From a virus (lineage: Duplodnaviria; Caudoviricetes), in the IMG/VR virus record IMGVR_UViG_3300020042_010636, positions 1 through 28,052 of that record: a DNA stretch of 28,052 nucleotides; one strand, 5' to 3'. Below are positions 15,222 through 24,131 of the stretch, piece after piece; positions within the stretch are counted from its first letter, which is position 1; every line of letters begins with the position of its first letter. The notes under the pieces are model-generated. The model did not search any database. It had not been told where the DNA came from and saw only the letters and a list, made by a program, of their open reading frames with translations. A program made the translations under genes and the position numbers.

Positions 15222-16123
15222 GCATTGGCTGAAGGGCTAACTTCAGTCAGCACCACTTCACCCCAGCCCACCCAATAATCTTCCCCACCGGTGACACTGA
15301 AGGTTTGGGTGGGCAAGGGGTAAGGGGTAGTGCCTTCCACATAATCAATGAAATCCTGCTGGGTCACTGTGTGGGCTGGGGTTATAGTCACTTGGCTAAT
15401 GCTTATGGCAGATGAAACATAGTCATAGCCACCACTGCCATTGGCTACCCAGGAAGCTGTTTGTTCTAACTTTTCTACATAGCCTGTGTAGGTCTTACCC
15501 ACAAACACAGGATGTGGGCAGCTGATGTATTTGTTAAGCACCAGGTCAACAGATGACAGGGTGGGTGGGGGTGGGGGTGATGGGTCACCTGGCTGGGGGG
15601 ATGAATAACCATTACCACCATAGACTTGGGAAAGGGTTGGGGTTGGGGTGTAGGGAAGATGCCACTTAGTGAAGATGCCTGTGGCTGTTTCCAGGCTGTT
15701 CCCAGAAGGGATAGGCGCAATCAGCCGGTAGTCTGTAGATGCTGTGCTTACCGGGTGAAGGTTTTGTGAAGCACTGCCAAAGAAGCTGATAACTTGAAAA
15801 TAATTAGAAATGTGGTTATAACAATCTTCATCATAGACCAAAGCCACCCCACCTTCTGGGATAACACTGTGAAGGTGTTGCCAATAAAACCTAAAGCCCT
15901 TTTCAATCTGGGCTTGCTGACCGGTGGGGGTGTAAAGTTTCCAAGTGCGGATGCCACCCACTTCTTCTTCATTGGGTTTCCCTGTTCCCCCGGTGTGCCG
16001 GTTAGACTTTACATAGACCAGCCCATTAAACTGAACCACAGTGGGTTGACCGGCTGCATCTGTCCACTTGGGTGGGGCTGTGCTACTGCCAGGGTAAACC
16101 CCATCTGGGTAGGTTTCAGACAT
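15218..16123 (-). CDS. putative minor tail protein
   Basis: ORF track; G/T/S/Y/P-rich with a poly-Pro linker; tail-tip position. Confidence 0.6.
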   Translation of the reverse strand: MSETYPDGVYPGSSTAPPKWTDAAGQPTVVQFNGLVYVKSNRHTGGTGKPNEEEVGGIRTWKLYTPTGQQAQIEKGFRFYWQHLHSVIPEGGVALVYDEDCYNHISNYFQVISFFGSASQNLHPVSTASTDYRLIAPIPSGNSLETATGIFTKWHLPYTPTPTLSQVYGGNGYSSPQPGDPSPPPPPTLSSVDLVLNKYISCPHPVFVGKTYTGYVEKLEQTASWVANGSGGYDYVSSAISISQVTITPAHTVTQQDFIDYVEGTTPYPLPTQTFSVTGGEDYWVGWGEVVLTEVSPSANA

Positions 16124-16589
16124 TGAACCAATAGAAAACAGCTGCGCTTACCCCATAGGCTTGCCTTCCCACAATCAAACTTTGTGAAGTCAGTTGGCTG
16201 ATGGTTAGGCTATTTCCGGTCTTAGTTACTGAGGCAATGGCAAAATGTCCAATGGTGCTAGTGTCCGCAGGGACAGTGCTGGCACATTCAATAACCACTG
16301 TCTTAGGGAACACATCACCTGTTGCCCTGGTAACCTTTATATAAACATAGCCGGTGCTGCTTACTGCTAGTTTTGGTTTGGCTGTGGCATCCAGGGAAAC
16401 ACTAGAAATCTTAGGCATCACCCCATTGACTGTGCCAGGAAAGATGCTGACTGCTGTGCTTCCGTTGTCAGGGTTGCTGTAAACTTCCAATGGATGCCTT
16501 CTGCGCCCAGGGCTATCAATAAGAAGTGACTGCCCCCGGCTGTCAGATGTGAAGGTGTAGCCAACCCCAGGCTGTAGCTTATTGCTCAT
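16116..16589 (-). CDS. putative minor tail protein
   Basis: ORF track; beta-rich; coupled to its neighbours. Confidence 0.6.
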   Translation of the reverse strand: MSNKLQPGVGYTFTSDSRGQSLLIDSPGRRRHPLEVYSNPDNGSTAVSIFPGTVNGVMPKISSVSLDATAKPKLAVSSTGYVYIKVTRATGDVFPKTVVIECASTVPADTSTIGHFAIASVTKTGNSLTISQLTSQSLIVGRQAYGVSAAVFYWFNV

Positions 16590-17323
16590 CAGTTATGGGT
16601 TTCATAAATCAAACTGTGCCAGCCACCGGTTGCTACCCGGAAGGTGAAACGCACTTTGAAGATGTTAGCAAACTGTTCATAGGTAACCCCGGTAATAAAT
16701 CCAAAGCGGATGTGATAGCTGCTGATGGCATTTAGGATTGGAGGGATGACCATAGACTCAGCACCAGGGATTGTGTTGAATGTCTTACCAATCATTTTCT
16801 GATTGTCCAAAAGTGTTGCCTTACTGTTTGTGTAGTAAGTGCCGGTAAACTGTAGGTCAGGCGCATTGAATGACTTAAGCCCAACCAATGCGTATTTGAT
16901 AGCATCCAAGCTGCTTTCTGGAAATGACTGTGTTGACTCATCCCAGCCCAGGTCTTTCAAGGGCAGACCGGTAGTGCCAGCCTTGCCCTGGTAAAACTTA
17001 GGGTGGGTCTGGATGGGCTGGGTGGAAAGGGTAACATCACCGGACACTTGCACTTTAGTCATAGTGCCAGCAGCTATCCCCACATATTCAGCAGTTACTT
17101 TGGCAATGCCACTTTCATTGATGACATAGGAAGCCCGGTGGCAAAGCAGTCTGCCATCTTTAGGATGCGCTTCATTCTCTTTAGGCTTCTTCCCTTCAAC
17201 AGCATCAGCATCAACCTTGAAGGTTAGCCGGGAAGTCAGCAAACCAAAGCCATCATTTTCAATGACATAGCCTGGTTGTAATTGAAGTGTGCTAAGTTTA
17301 TTACCCTTTGAAATTTGTGACAT
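16589..17323 (-). CDS. putative tail hub / distal tail protein
   Basis: Directly after the tape measure; PIQTHPKF and GWHSLIY motifs. Confidence 0.55.
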   Translation of the reverse strand: MSQISKGNKLSTLQLQPGYVIENDGFGLLTSRLTFKVDADAVEGKKPKENEAHPKDGRLLCHRASYVINESGIAKVTAEYVGIAAGTMTKVQVSGDVTLSTQPIQTHPKFYQGKAGTTGLPLKDLGWDESTQSFPESSLDAIKYALVGLKSFNAPDLQFTGTYYTNSKATLLDNQKMIGKTFNTIPGAESMVIPPILNAISSYHIRFGFITGVTYEQFANIFKVRFTFRVATGGWHSLIYETHN

Positions 17324-17326
17324 AGG

Positions 17327-18685
17327 TTAGGCAGTGAACACTGATTGGTTAGGGTCTTTAGTGAAATCAACACCTGGTCTGGGTTGCTCATTGAAAATGT
17401 TATTAATCTTTTCAAGCTCACTTAAAATCTTCTGGTCAACAGTCAGTGTTTCCTTCTGGTAATCAATTACCGGGGCTGCTGTTCCTGGCATAAACTCACC
17501 AGCCATAGCACCCCCAATTTCCCGAAGGCTGGACACAGTTAGTTTATTAGCCTTTTCAGACTGCTTAGCTGCATCCTTAGCAGCTGCATCCTGGTCTTTC
17601 TGCTGGGCATCCAGCAATTCACCTAAGTCTTTCCTGCGCTTCTTTAGGGCTTCTGCATCATCCTTATTATTAGCAGCTGTTGAAGCAGCCATTTCATCTT
17701 CAACAATCTTTAGGGCTATGGCATTTAACTTAGCCATTTCCAGGTTATGCAATTCAGCTGCTGAAGCAGACCCGGCAATAGCTGCACCCCTTTTCTTTTC
17801 CTCATTCCTTTTACGGATAAGGGCTAGCACTTCAGCTTCTGCTTCAGCTGCCACTTCAGCATCTGTAACAGTAATGCCTGAAGCACCCTGACCGGCAGCA
17901 GCAGCCTTTGAGCTGAAAAGCCTACCTTTAATCTTTGCAGAAATAGCTTTGCCTTCATCATCAGTGTTAAGGAATTCAGTAACTGCTTCCTTCTTAGCAA
18001 TGGCAGCTGCTTCCCGGTTAGCCTTCTGTTTTTCCTTCTTCTTCTTATCTTCCAAAATCTGCACTTCTTCCGCTGTAATACCGGGGTCATCACCATAGCC
18101 ACTGATTACCTGCTGTGCCTTTAGAAGCACAGGGATTAGGTCAGCTGCATTATTGCCCAGCAACACAGTAGCCAGGGAAAGCTGTTCAGTGTTGCTGGTG
18201 GCACTGCCAAGGGTAGCAGCCATAGCTTCAATGACCTGAGTGGGTTTAAGCAGACCGGATGCAATCTGTTCAGCTGAGAAGCCCAAAGCCTTTAGCATCC
18301 TTTCCTGGTCACTGCCTTTCACTGTGGCTTGCTCAATAATGGCTGTGGTTTCCTTAAACAGTTTGCCCACCTTATTGATGGAAACCCCGGAAGTATCAGC
18401 TGCATTTTGAAGTCTAAGGAATTCATCCGCATTAACCCCAATGTCAGCAGCCTTATCCCCAATGCCAGAATAGGCTTCCACTGCTTCCAGCACTTTCTTC
18501 TTCTGCGCTTCAATGGCATCAGTCACAAACCCAATGGCAGATTGTGCCAGGGCAAGTGGGGCTGCAAAGGAAAGGAAACCTTTGGCTAGGTCTTTCCCTA
18601 AATCCTTAATCTTATTTTGCACTGTCTGCACAGCCCGGCTAGCCTGGTCTTTAGCAGAAATTGTGAATTCTAATCCATCAGCCAT
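17327..18685 (-). CDS. tail tape measure protein (short, 452 aa)
   Basis: N-terminal LEFTISAKDQAS, Ala/Lys/Glu-rich helices, SSLREIGG near the C-terminus; synteny. Confidence 0.8.
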   Translation of the reverse strand: MADGLEFTISAKDQASRAVQTVQNKIKDLGKDLAKGFLSFAAPLALAQSAIGFVTDAIEAQKKKVLEAVEAYSGIGDKAADIGVNADEFLRLQNAADTSGVSINKVGKLFKETTAIIEQATVKGSDQERMLKALGFSAEQIASGLLKPTQVIEAMAATLGSATSNTEQLSLATVLLGNNAADLIPVLLKAQQVISGYGDDPGITAEEVQILEDKKKKEKQKANREAAAIAKKEAVTEFLNTDDEGKAISAKIKGRLFSSKAAAAGQGASGITVTDAEVAAEAEAEVLALIRKRNEEKKRGAAIAGSASAAELHNLEMAKLNAIALKIVEDEMAASTAANNKDDAEALKKRRKDLGELLDAQQKDQDAAAKDAAKQSEKANKLTVSSLREIGGAMAGEFMPGTAAPVIDYQKETLTVDQKILSELEKINNIFNEQPRPGVDFTKDPNQSVFTA

Positions 18686-18707
18686 AGTGTTAGTGGGTCT
18701 TTAGTTT

Positions 18708-18721
18708 TGCCATTTAGTCAA
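18708..18721 (-). promoter_or_regulatory. late-gene motif variant TTGAC-N5-GGCA
   Basis: GGGCTGA-TTGACTAAATGGCA upstream of the tape measure. Confidence 0.4.
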
Positions 18722-19282
18722 TCAGCCCTGGGGCTTGGCTTCCATTTCAGCCTTCAAATGGTCAATCAGGGCTTCATCATCTGTGGTCAGCAATTCAAGT
18801 TTAGCACCAGCCTGGATGTTGAAGGCTGTGGATAACCAGATTGCCTTGGCTTCTGGCATAGTCAGGGCTGCTTCATAGCTAACCCCATTTCTCATAAGGG
18901 TAGCCAGGATGCACAGCTGCCAGGGCATTTGTTCAGCAGACTGCCCCACTTCTTTCTTCTGATAAAACTTAGGGTAGGCTTCCGGCTGGTTGACATACCG
19001 GACAAAACTAAGGGATGCCTGGGCAAACAATTCTTTTGAAAGGGTAAGGCGCAAGCCTAGCCACTTATCCCATAGGCTGAAGTTATCCAGGCTTTCATCT
19101 GCACAAATCTTCAGGGCAATCAGTAGGTCAGCCGGTGACAATTCCAGGTCAGACTGAAGGTAAGGGCTGGCAATGCCTTCTAAGAAAATCCGGTGCTTAA
19201 GGCTGAAGGGCTTTAACTTCTTACCCAGGATGATTGTCCGGGATGGGGTTAGGAAGGCACAAAAAAAACGCTGGTCAGCCAT
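18722..19282 (-). CDS. putative tail assembly chaperone
   Basis: Between tail tube and tape measure; start reassigned to ATG 19282 (MADQRFF). Confidence 0.6.
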   Translation of the reverse strand: MADQRFFCAFLTPSRTIILGKKLKPFSLKHRIFLEGIASPYLQSDLELSPADLLIALKICADESLDNFSLWDKWLGLRLTLSKELFAQASLSFVRYVNQPEAYPKFYQKKEVGQSAEQMPWQLCILATLMRNGVSYEAALTMPEAKAIWLSTAFNIQAGAKLELLTTDDEALIDHLKAEMEAKPQG

Positions 19283-19316
19283 TATGCTAACTAGCGTTTC
19301 TTTAATGGGCTGACTG

Positions 19317-19679
19317 TCAACCCAGGTTAAGCAAAACAATGCTTTCAAAATCCACAGCAGTAATGCTGACTCGCATAAAGCCCTTGGCTTCCCCGCGTTC
19401 CTCAATCTGGGTGATGTGTCCGGCAGTAAAGGCAACCCCATTACCGGTAAAGGTTAGCTGGTCACCCAGCGCACCAGCATAAGTGCTAGGCACTAAGCCT
19501 TCCACAGTAAGGTTAACCCGCTTGTCAGAATAGCGGACAGCAATGACTTCACCCACAGAATTAGTGACTTCATCAGCATTTGCCCAGGAGCTGCTGACTG
19601 TGTAGCTTTGGACAGTCAGCCCGGTGACTGTGCCAGCAATGCCGTAGATGTGAGCTGTTCCTTTTGTAGTAGTTGACAC
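19317..19679 (-). CDS. putative major tail (tube) protein, minimal
   Basis: 120 aa, T/G/V-rich beta strands; follows the tail-terminator-like gene; own upstream motif. Confidence 0.65.
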   Translation of the reverse strand: MSTTTKGTAHIYGIAGTVTGLTVQSYTVSSSWANADEVTNSVGEVIAVRYSDKRVNLTVEGLVPSTYAGALGDQLTFTGNGVAFTAGHITQIEERGEAKGFMRVSITAVDFESIVLLNLG

Positions 19680-19720
19680 GGATGGATAGGGTTAAATTTA
19701 AATGGGTTTATGCTTAACTA

Positions 19721-19735
19721 TGCACCCTAAGTCAA
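19721..19735 (-). promoter_or_regulatory. late-gene motif TTGAC-N6-TGCA
   Basis: GGGCTGT-TTGACTTAGGGTGCA upstream of the tail tube gene. Confidence 0.5.
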
Positions 19736-19751
19736 ACAGCCCACTGCGCCT

Positions 19752-20186
19752 TTAGGCAGGGGGTAGGACAATCAGCACATCATAATCCAGGGTTGTCATA
19801 AAAGCCCGGTCACCCCTGCCTTCTGTGATACCGGTAAGGGTTGTGTCATAGCAGGTTGCATCCCCTATTGTGGTGAAGGCTGCTTTGATTGTAGGCACAT
19901 CATCCAGCACCCCCATCACATCCTGGGTAGCGTTTCTATGGGTGGTCAGGCTGTCATCATCCAGGCTGTTTAACACACCCACACTAACCTTGCACAAATA
20001 GTTTCCCAGACCCTGGGCAATTTCTGGGTGCAGCTGTGCATTTTCACAGCTAACAATAATGCTGGGCAGGGTCAGCTCAGTGGCAGCTTCCCCCTTAAAT
20101 TTGGTAAAGGCAGACAACCCTGCTTCAGCTGTAAGGGCTGCAACCAGGGCATCTTCAATAATGTTCAGTGGGGATTTAGAAGCCAT
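19752..20186 (-). CDS. putative tail terminator / neck protein
   Basis: 144 aa, acidic, LPSIIV motif; synteny. Confidence 0.6.
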   Translation of the reverse strand: MASKSPLNIIEDALVAALTAEAGLSAFTKFKGEAATELTLPSIIVSCENAQLHPEIAQGLGNYLCKVSVGVLNSLDDDSLTTHRNATQDVMGVLDDVPTIKAAFTTIGDATCYDTTLTGITEGRGDRAFMTTLDYDVLIVLPPA

Positions 20187-20191
20187 AGTGG

Positions 20192-21151
20192 TTATTTAGG
20201 TGATTGGTTTTTATTAACTTTATCAATGGCAATCCGCATAAAGTGGCGCATCCGTTTTGTCATCTTACCAGCCCTGACAGCTATGACTTCCCGCTTTGTT
20301 CCGGCTAGGTAGCCTACCCCAAAAATGTTGGCTAGGTCATTCCTTACAGTCATCATCACATTGTTTGACCCACCCCCAGAATAGGTGTTAAGCCCAACCC
20401 CTCCGTGACCAGCCTTATGCCTGGTAATCCAAGTAGGTAGTTTGCGTAGTCCAAAGTTTTTAGGCACACCATTAATCATAGGCTTACCAATCTTATTGAT
20501 GGCAGTAACCCATCCAGCCTTCATCCATCCTACCCGCTGCTGTCTGCGTTTTGTATAGGATTTAATAACGCTAAGCTCGGCAAAGGCAGGGGGTTCACCA
20601 ATTTTGCCACCACTGTTTTTCTTAATTCTACCCCGGTAAAGCTTTCTAATCCGGTTATGCCTGGCTTCTAAGGCACTATCATTTGTAAGGACATTAGTGC
20701 GTCTGCCACCCCAATTCTTAAATAGGGTGCTAGCCCTGGCAAAAGCCCTTTCAGTGTTACTGTCTAACCAAATTTTGCTGACAATCCCTGAAGTTTTAGG
20801 GGGCTTGCCACTGCGCCACTTAAGGAATTTCTGCTTAGCATTTCTATTAGACTTAATCGCAACAGCTAGACTTTTGCTATCTTCTGAAACAACCAGGGAA
20901 ATGTCATTCAGGACAGCCCAATTTCCCCAAGTTTCAGCAATCTTCTTATCACCTTTGCCACCACCACTACCAGGGTTACCACTACCACCATCTAAAGATG
21001 GGCTGTATTTAATAGCTTCCCGGCAGGTCAAAGCACCTTCCTCTTTAACCAGGTCAATGCTCATCTGCTTTGTGTATGCGCCAAAATCCTTATAAGCCTT
21101 TAGCAGCTTTTCATTTAAAGCCCGGTTAACTGTAATTGTAATGTCTGACAC
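20192..21151 (-). CDS. putative neck / tail-completion protein (basic)
   Basis: Between adaptor and terminator; K/R-rich; VGWMKAGW. Confidence 0.55.
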   Translation of the reverse strand: MSDITITVNRALNEKLLKAYKDFGAYTKQMSIDLVKEEGALTCREAIKYSPSLDGGSGNPGSGGGKGDKKIAETWGNWAVLNDISLVVSEDSKSLAVAIKSNRNAKQKFLKWRSGKPPKTSGIVSKIWLDSNTERAFARASTLFKNWGGRRTNVLTNDSALEARHNRIRKLYRGRIKKNSGGKIGEPPAFAELSVIKSYTKRRQQRVGWMKAGWVTAINKIGKPMINGVPKNFGLRKLPTWITRHKAGHGGVGLNTYSGGGSNNVMMTVRNDLANIFGVGYLAGTKREVIAVRAGKMTKRMRHFMRIAIDKVNKNQSPK

Positions 21152-21156
21152 AGCAG

Positions 21157-21486
21157 TTAACGCTGGTCTGCATCCTGGCAGTTTAACTGCACCCAGCAGC
21201 CACCAGGCTTCCGGGTTTTACCGGTGATGCGATAAACTCTGCCATCCCAGGTAAGCTTCTTACCCAGGGTCATAAAGGAAGCAGCTGCCACCACAGCAGC
21301 TGTGGCTGGTATTTTAACCACTGTTTCAATCCTATCCAAAAGCCCACCTGCTTCATAGCCTTGGGTTAGGGTGGCATCAGTAATCATAGCAGGGTAGTTA
21401 ACTGCATTGATTGTCACAGTCTGTCCTGCTTCAGCTGCAATAGCCTGGGCATCAGCCAGCATCATAGCTGAAAGGTTAGCATCCAT
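21157..21486 (-). CDS. putative head-tail adaptor / head closure protein
   Basis: WDGRVYRIT motif; first gene after the capsid; start reassigned to ATG 21486. Confidence 0.65.
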   Translation of the reverse strand: MDANLSAMMLADAQAIAAEAGQTVTINAVNYPAMITDATLTQGYEAGGLLDRIETVVKIPATAAVVAAASFMTLGKKLTWDGRVYRITGKTRKPGGCWVQLNCQDADQR

Positions 21487-21492
21487 TATAGA

Positions 21493-21507
21493 TGCACCAC
21501 CGGACAA
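21493..21507 (-). promoter_or_regulatory. late-gene motif TTGTC-N6-TGCA
   Basis: GGGCTGT-TTGTCCGGTGGTGCA, 6 nt before ATG 21486, just after the capsid terminator. Confidence 0.5.
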
Positions 21508-21528
21508 ACAGCCCAGGTGACTAGGCAC

Positions 21529-21558
21529 AAAAAAACCCCACCATTTCTGGCAGGGCTT
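21529..21558 (-). terminator. intrinsic terminator after the major capsid gene
   Basis: GCCCTGCCA-GAAA-TGGTGGGG stem-loop (with G-U pairs) followed by a T7 run. Confidence 0.75.
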
Positions 21559-21579
21559 GTGTAGTTAAGGTGTTAAACC

Positions 21580-22455
21580 TTAAGCTGTCTTTACCCGCTT
21601 TCCGGCTGTGCCTCGCGCCTTCGACACCCCAAAACGCATAGTGGCTGTAAGGCGCACAATGCCATCTGTGCCTTGCGAGCGCAACACTTGGACAGAAAGA
21701 CCAGAAGCATCAGTGGCAGTGGAAGCTTCACCTGGGAACATACCCGCAAAAGGCGCACCCATACCGATTGCCAAGGCATCAGCACCACAGGCGAAGGCTG
21801 CGAGATTTTCCGAATTGGTAGGAAGGTCAGTGAATTCAAAGACCTGGAAACCAGCAATAGTGCCAATCAGACCGGAGCTGATAAGGGAAGATTGACCAGC
21901 CTGGTTAAAGGGGGCTGTCAGTGTGGCATCCTTACGGAGCGCACCGGCATAAGCACCATTGACCAGGAGACAGCGAGGGTCACCAGCCTTGGCATCATTC
22001 AGGTCAGTGTTAAGGTCAACAACCTGGGCATAATTGAAGTTAGCAGCTGTGATGACTTCATTAGCACTGAAGTTTGCATTAAGCAAAACAGCACCGATTT
22101 CAGAATGAACCTTCTTCACAAGCTGGTTGATGGCTTCCGGAACGAAAGCACGAGCAAGGTATTCTTCACCATATTCACCGATTTCATCAGGCGAGAAATC
22201 CTTAGTGCTGTGCAGGTGTTTAAGGGTTACGCTGACAGCAGTAAGGTCAGCTGCATCAGACTCATTGTAACCGCCATTTGCCTTAGAGAATTCTTTAGCA
22301 GCACCACCAGAAACCAGGCTGACCTGGATGGTCTTACCCACAGCATTTGTGGAAAGGTTTGTGCTGAAAGCGGACAGGAAGCCTAAGCGACCCTTAAGAC
22401 CGGGAAGGATGATTTCGGAGAGGGCTGCGGGCGCAGCCGAGAATGTATTAGCCAT
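21580..22455 (-). CDS. major capsid protein
   Basis: 291 aa after the protease and scaffold genes; GKTIQV, PRCLLVN and GLIGTIAGFQVFE HK97-fold-like motifs; followed by a terminator. Confidence 0.85.
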   Translation of the reverse strand: MANTFSAAPAALSEIILPGLKGRLGFLSAFSTNLSTNAVGKTIQVSLVSGGAAKEFSKANGGYNESDAADLTAVSVTLKHLHSTKDFSPDEIGEYGEEYLARAFVPEAINQLVKKVHSEIGAVLLNANFSANEVITAANFNYAQVVDLNTDLNDAKAGDPRCLLVNGAYAGALRKDATLTAPFNQAGQSSLISSGLIGTIAGFQVFEFTDLPTNSENLAAFACGADALAIGMGAPFAGMFPGEASTATDASGLSVQVLRSQGTDGIVRLTATMRFGVSKARGTAGKRVKTA

Positions 22456-22491
22456 AGTAGTTTTTTATTAGGTTAGATTGAGTTAGGGAAA

Positions 22492-22941
22492 TTAGGAAAG
22501 GTTAAGTGGGTCTAAGATAGCTTTGTGCTTACGGAAGAAAGCCTGCTTTTCAGTGCCAGCCTTCATCTTCACAAAGGCAGACCAGACAGCCTTGGCATCC
22601 AGGGCTTCTTCATTGGCAGACTTATCAGCCGGTGAGATTTCAACAGGCTTCATCCCTAGGGAAGAAATCACCTTGGCAGCTTCCTTAGAAGCAGTGACCT
22701 GGGTGGCTTGCGCCTGGGCAAGCAAAGTGGTAAGCTCAGCCTTTTCAGTTTCAGCCAGAAGCTTATGCGCTTCAAAGTCAGCCTTCAGCTTTGTGGCTTC
22801 ATCAGCCACTGCCATCTTCTCAGAAGCCAAGGCTTCAAAGGTTTTCTGTAGCTCAGACTTTTCAGCCTGAATAGTGGCAAGGGTAGAAGCCAGCTTTTCA
22901 ACCTGTGCTTCCGGTGTAAGTGAATTGATTTCAGATGCCAT
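22492..22941 (-). CDS. predicted in-frame internal product: scaffold protein (MASEINSL..., 149 aa)
   Basis: TTGAC-N6-TGCA copy at 22950-22964, 8 nt before in-frame ATG 22941; E/K/A coiled coil. Confidence 0.5.
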   Translation of the reverse strand: MASEINSLTPEAQVEKLASTLATIQAEKSELQKTFEALASEKMAVADEATKLKADFEAHKLLAETEKAELTTLLAQAQATQVTASKEAAKVISSLGMKPVEISPADKSANEEALDAKAVWSAFVKMKAGTEKQAFFRKHKAILDPLNLS

Positions 22942-23310
22942 CTTAGTTATGCACTTGAAGTCAAATGCCATTGCTTCCTGGTCTAGTTTTTCAACCTGCC
23001 GGGTAGCCCAATCAGCTGCATCCATTACATCACCGGACACAGACCCACCCCAGATAAGCCAAGCCACAGCACCAGCCCCAGGGAAGTCATCATTGTCAGG
23101 TTTGTTCTTAGGCGCATCCAGGTCAGGCTTATGCCTAGCAAACCAGGCTGGCATCAGGCGCAGCTTGCTTTCTGTGGTAAAGCCTTGGGCAAGCTCCCTG
23201 GCTTCATCTAGGGTCTTATCAGTTAAGCCATCCCCACCCTTGCCTTCCCGGTTATAATCTAACCCCCTTTGGGCATTAGCTTTAATGAAGTCTGGAACAT
23301 CAATAGCCAT
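22492..23310 (-). CDS. head protein: uncharacterised N-terminal domain (RGL...WFARH...AWLIWGG) fused to a coiled-coil scaffold-like region
   Basis: ORF track; between the S49 protease and the capsid. Confidence 0.7.
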   Translation of the reverse strand: MAIDVPDFIKANAQRGLDYNREGKGGDGLTDKTLDEARELAQGFTTESKLRLMPAWFARHKPDLDAPKNKPDNDDFPGAGAVAWLIWGGSVSGDVMDAADWATRQVEKLDQEAMAFDFKCITKMASEINSLTPEAQVEKLASTLATIQAEKSELQKTFEALASEKMAVADEATKLKADFEAHKLLAETEKAELTTLLAQAQATQVTASKEAAKVISSLGMKPVEISPADKSANEEALDAKAVWSAFVKMKAGTEKQAFFRKHKAILDPLNLS

Positions 23311-23312
23311 AA

Positions 23313-24119
23313 TCAAACCCGCTTCTTTAAAGCACCAGGTTCAAGCTGTGCCATTAGCACCTTGAAGCTATCCACCAGACCGGTAGCCAAACCCTTTGCA
23401 GCTGCTTCCCTGCCGGAAATAGAAGCACCGGTTAGGTCAGCATCAGCAACCATCTTCCGCTTCATCTTCACATCAGCCTTAAAGGTGTTGGCAGTTTCAA
23501 TGACAGACTTCTGAAGGTAGGCTTCCTGGGCTGTGGTCATTTCTGTTCCTGGGATGCCAATGCCTTTCAGCTCATCTGACCGGTAAACCTTAACCTTAAT
23601 GCCCATAGCCTTAGCCTGTTCAGATACATCGTGAACCACAGCATAGACCCCCACGCTGCCTACGGAAGCTGAAGGGCTGACCACCACCCGGTCACTAGCA
23701 CTGCCAATCCAATAGGCACTGCTGTTCATAGACCCGGCACTGAAGGCAATGGTGGGGATTTTAAGACCCCGGATTTTGGAAGCTAATTCTTCAACCCCAT
23801 CCACAGTGCCACCATCTGAATTAATGTTAAAAACAATTTGCTTAGGGTTGGCTGCAATAGCCTGGTCAATGTAGTCATCAATCACTTCAACATCTGTTGC
23901 GCCTATGGCTTCATAAGGGCTTAAGCCCTTGCCAATCATCCCGGTCACCGGGATTACAAAAGTGCCACCTACCTGGTAGGGCTTTGGGGCTTCTCCAAAA
24001 AACTTGGAAATAAGGTCAGTGAAGCCAAGCTTTTCAGTGGTAGCCAGATGCTGTTGGGCAATCTGATAATCCACTAGGAAAACCTTTTGACCGGTGATGG
24101 CTTTGTTTAGGCTACGCAT
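23313..24119 (-). CDS. S49 (SppA/ClpP-class) prohead protease, lambda gpC-like
   Basis: INSDGG, MNSSAYWIGS and SVGSVGVY motifs. Confidence 0.9.
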   Translation of the reverse strand: MRSLNKAITGQKVFLVDYQIAQQHLATTEKLGFTDLISKFFGEAPKPYQVGGTFVIPVTGMIGKGLSPYEAIGATDVEVIDDYIDQAIAANPKQIVFNINSDGGTVDGVEELASKIRGLKIPTIAFSAGSMNSSAYWIGSASDRVVVSPSASVGSVGVYAVVHDVSEQAKAMGIKVKVYRSDELKGIGIPGTEMTTAQEAYLQKSVIETANTFKADVKMKRKMVADADLTGASISGREAAAKGLATGLVDSFKVLMAQLEPGALKKRV

Positions 24120-24131
24120 AGAATAAAAGTG

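Noticed and set aside
13585-16123. Diversity-generating retroelement acting on the tail fibre
   Set aside because: No reverse transcriptase and no template/variable repeat pair seen.
19261-19268. T8 run as a lambda G/GT-type programmed frameshift in the tail chaperone
   Set aside because: It lies at the very start of the ORF, which reads through in frame to just before the tape measure; no second overlapping chaperone ORF is evident.
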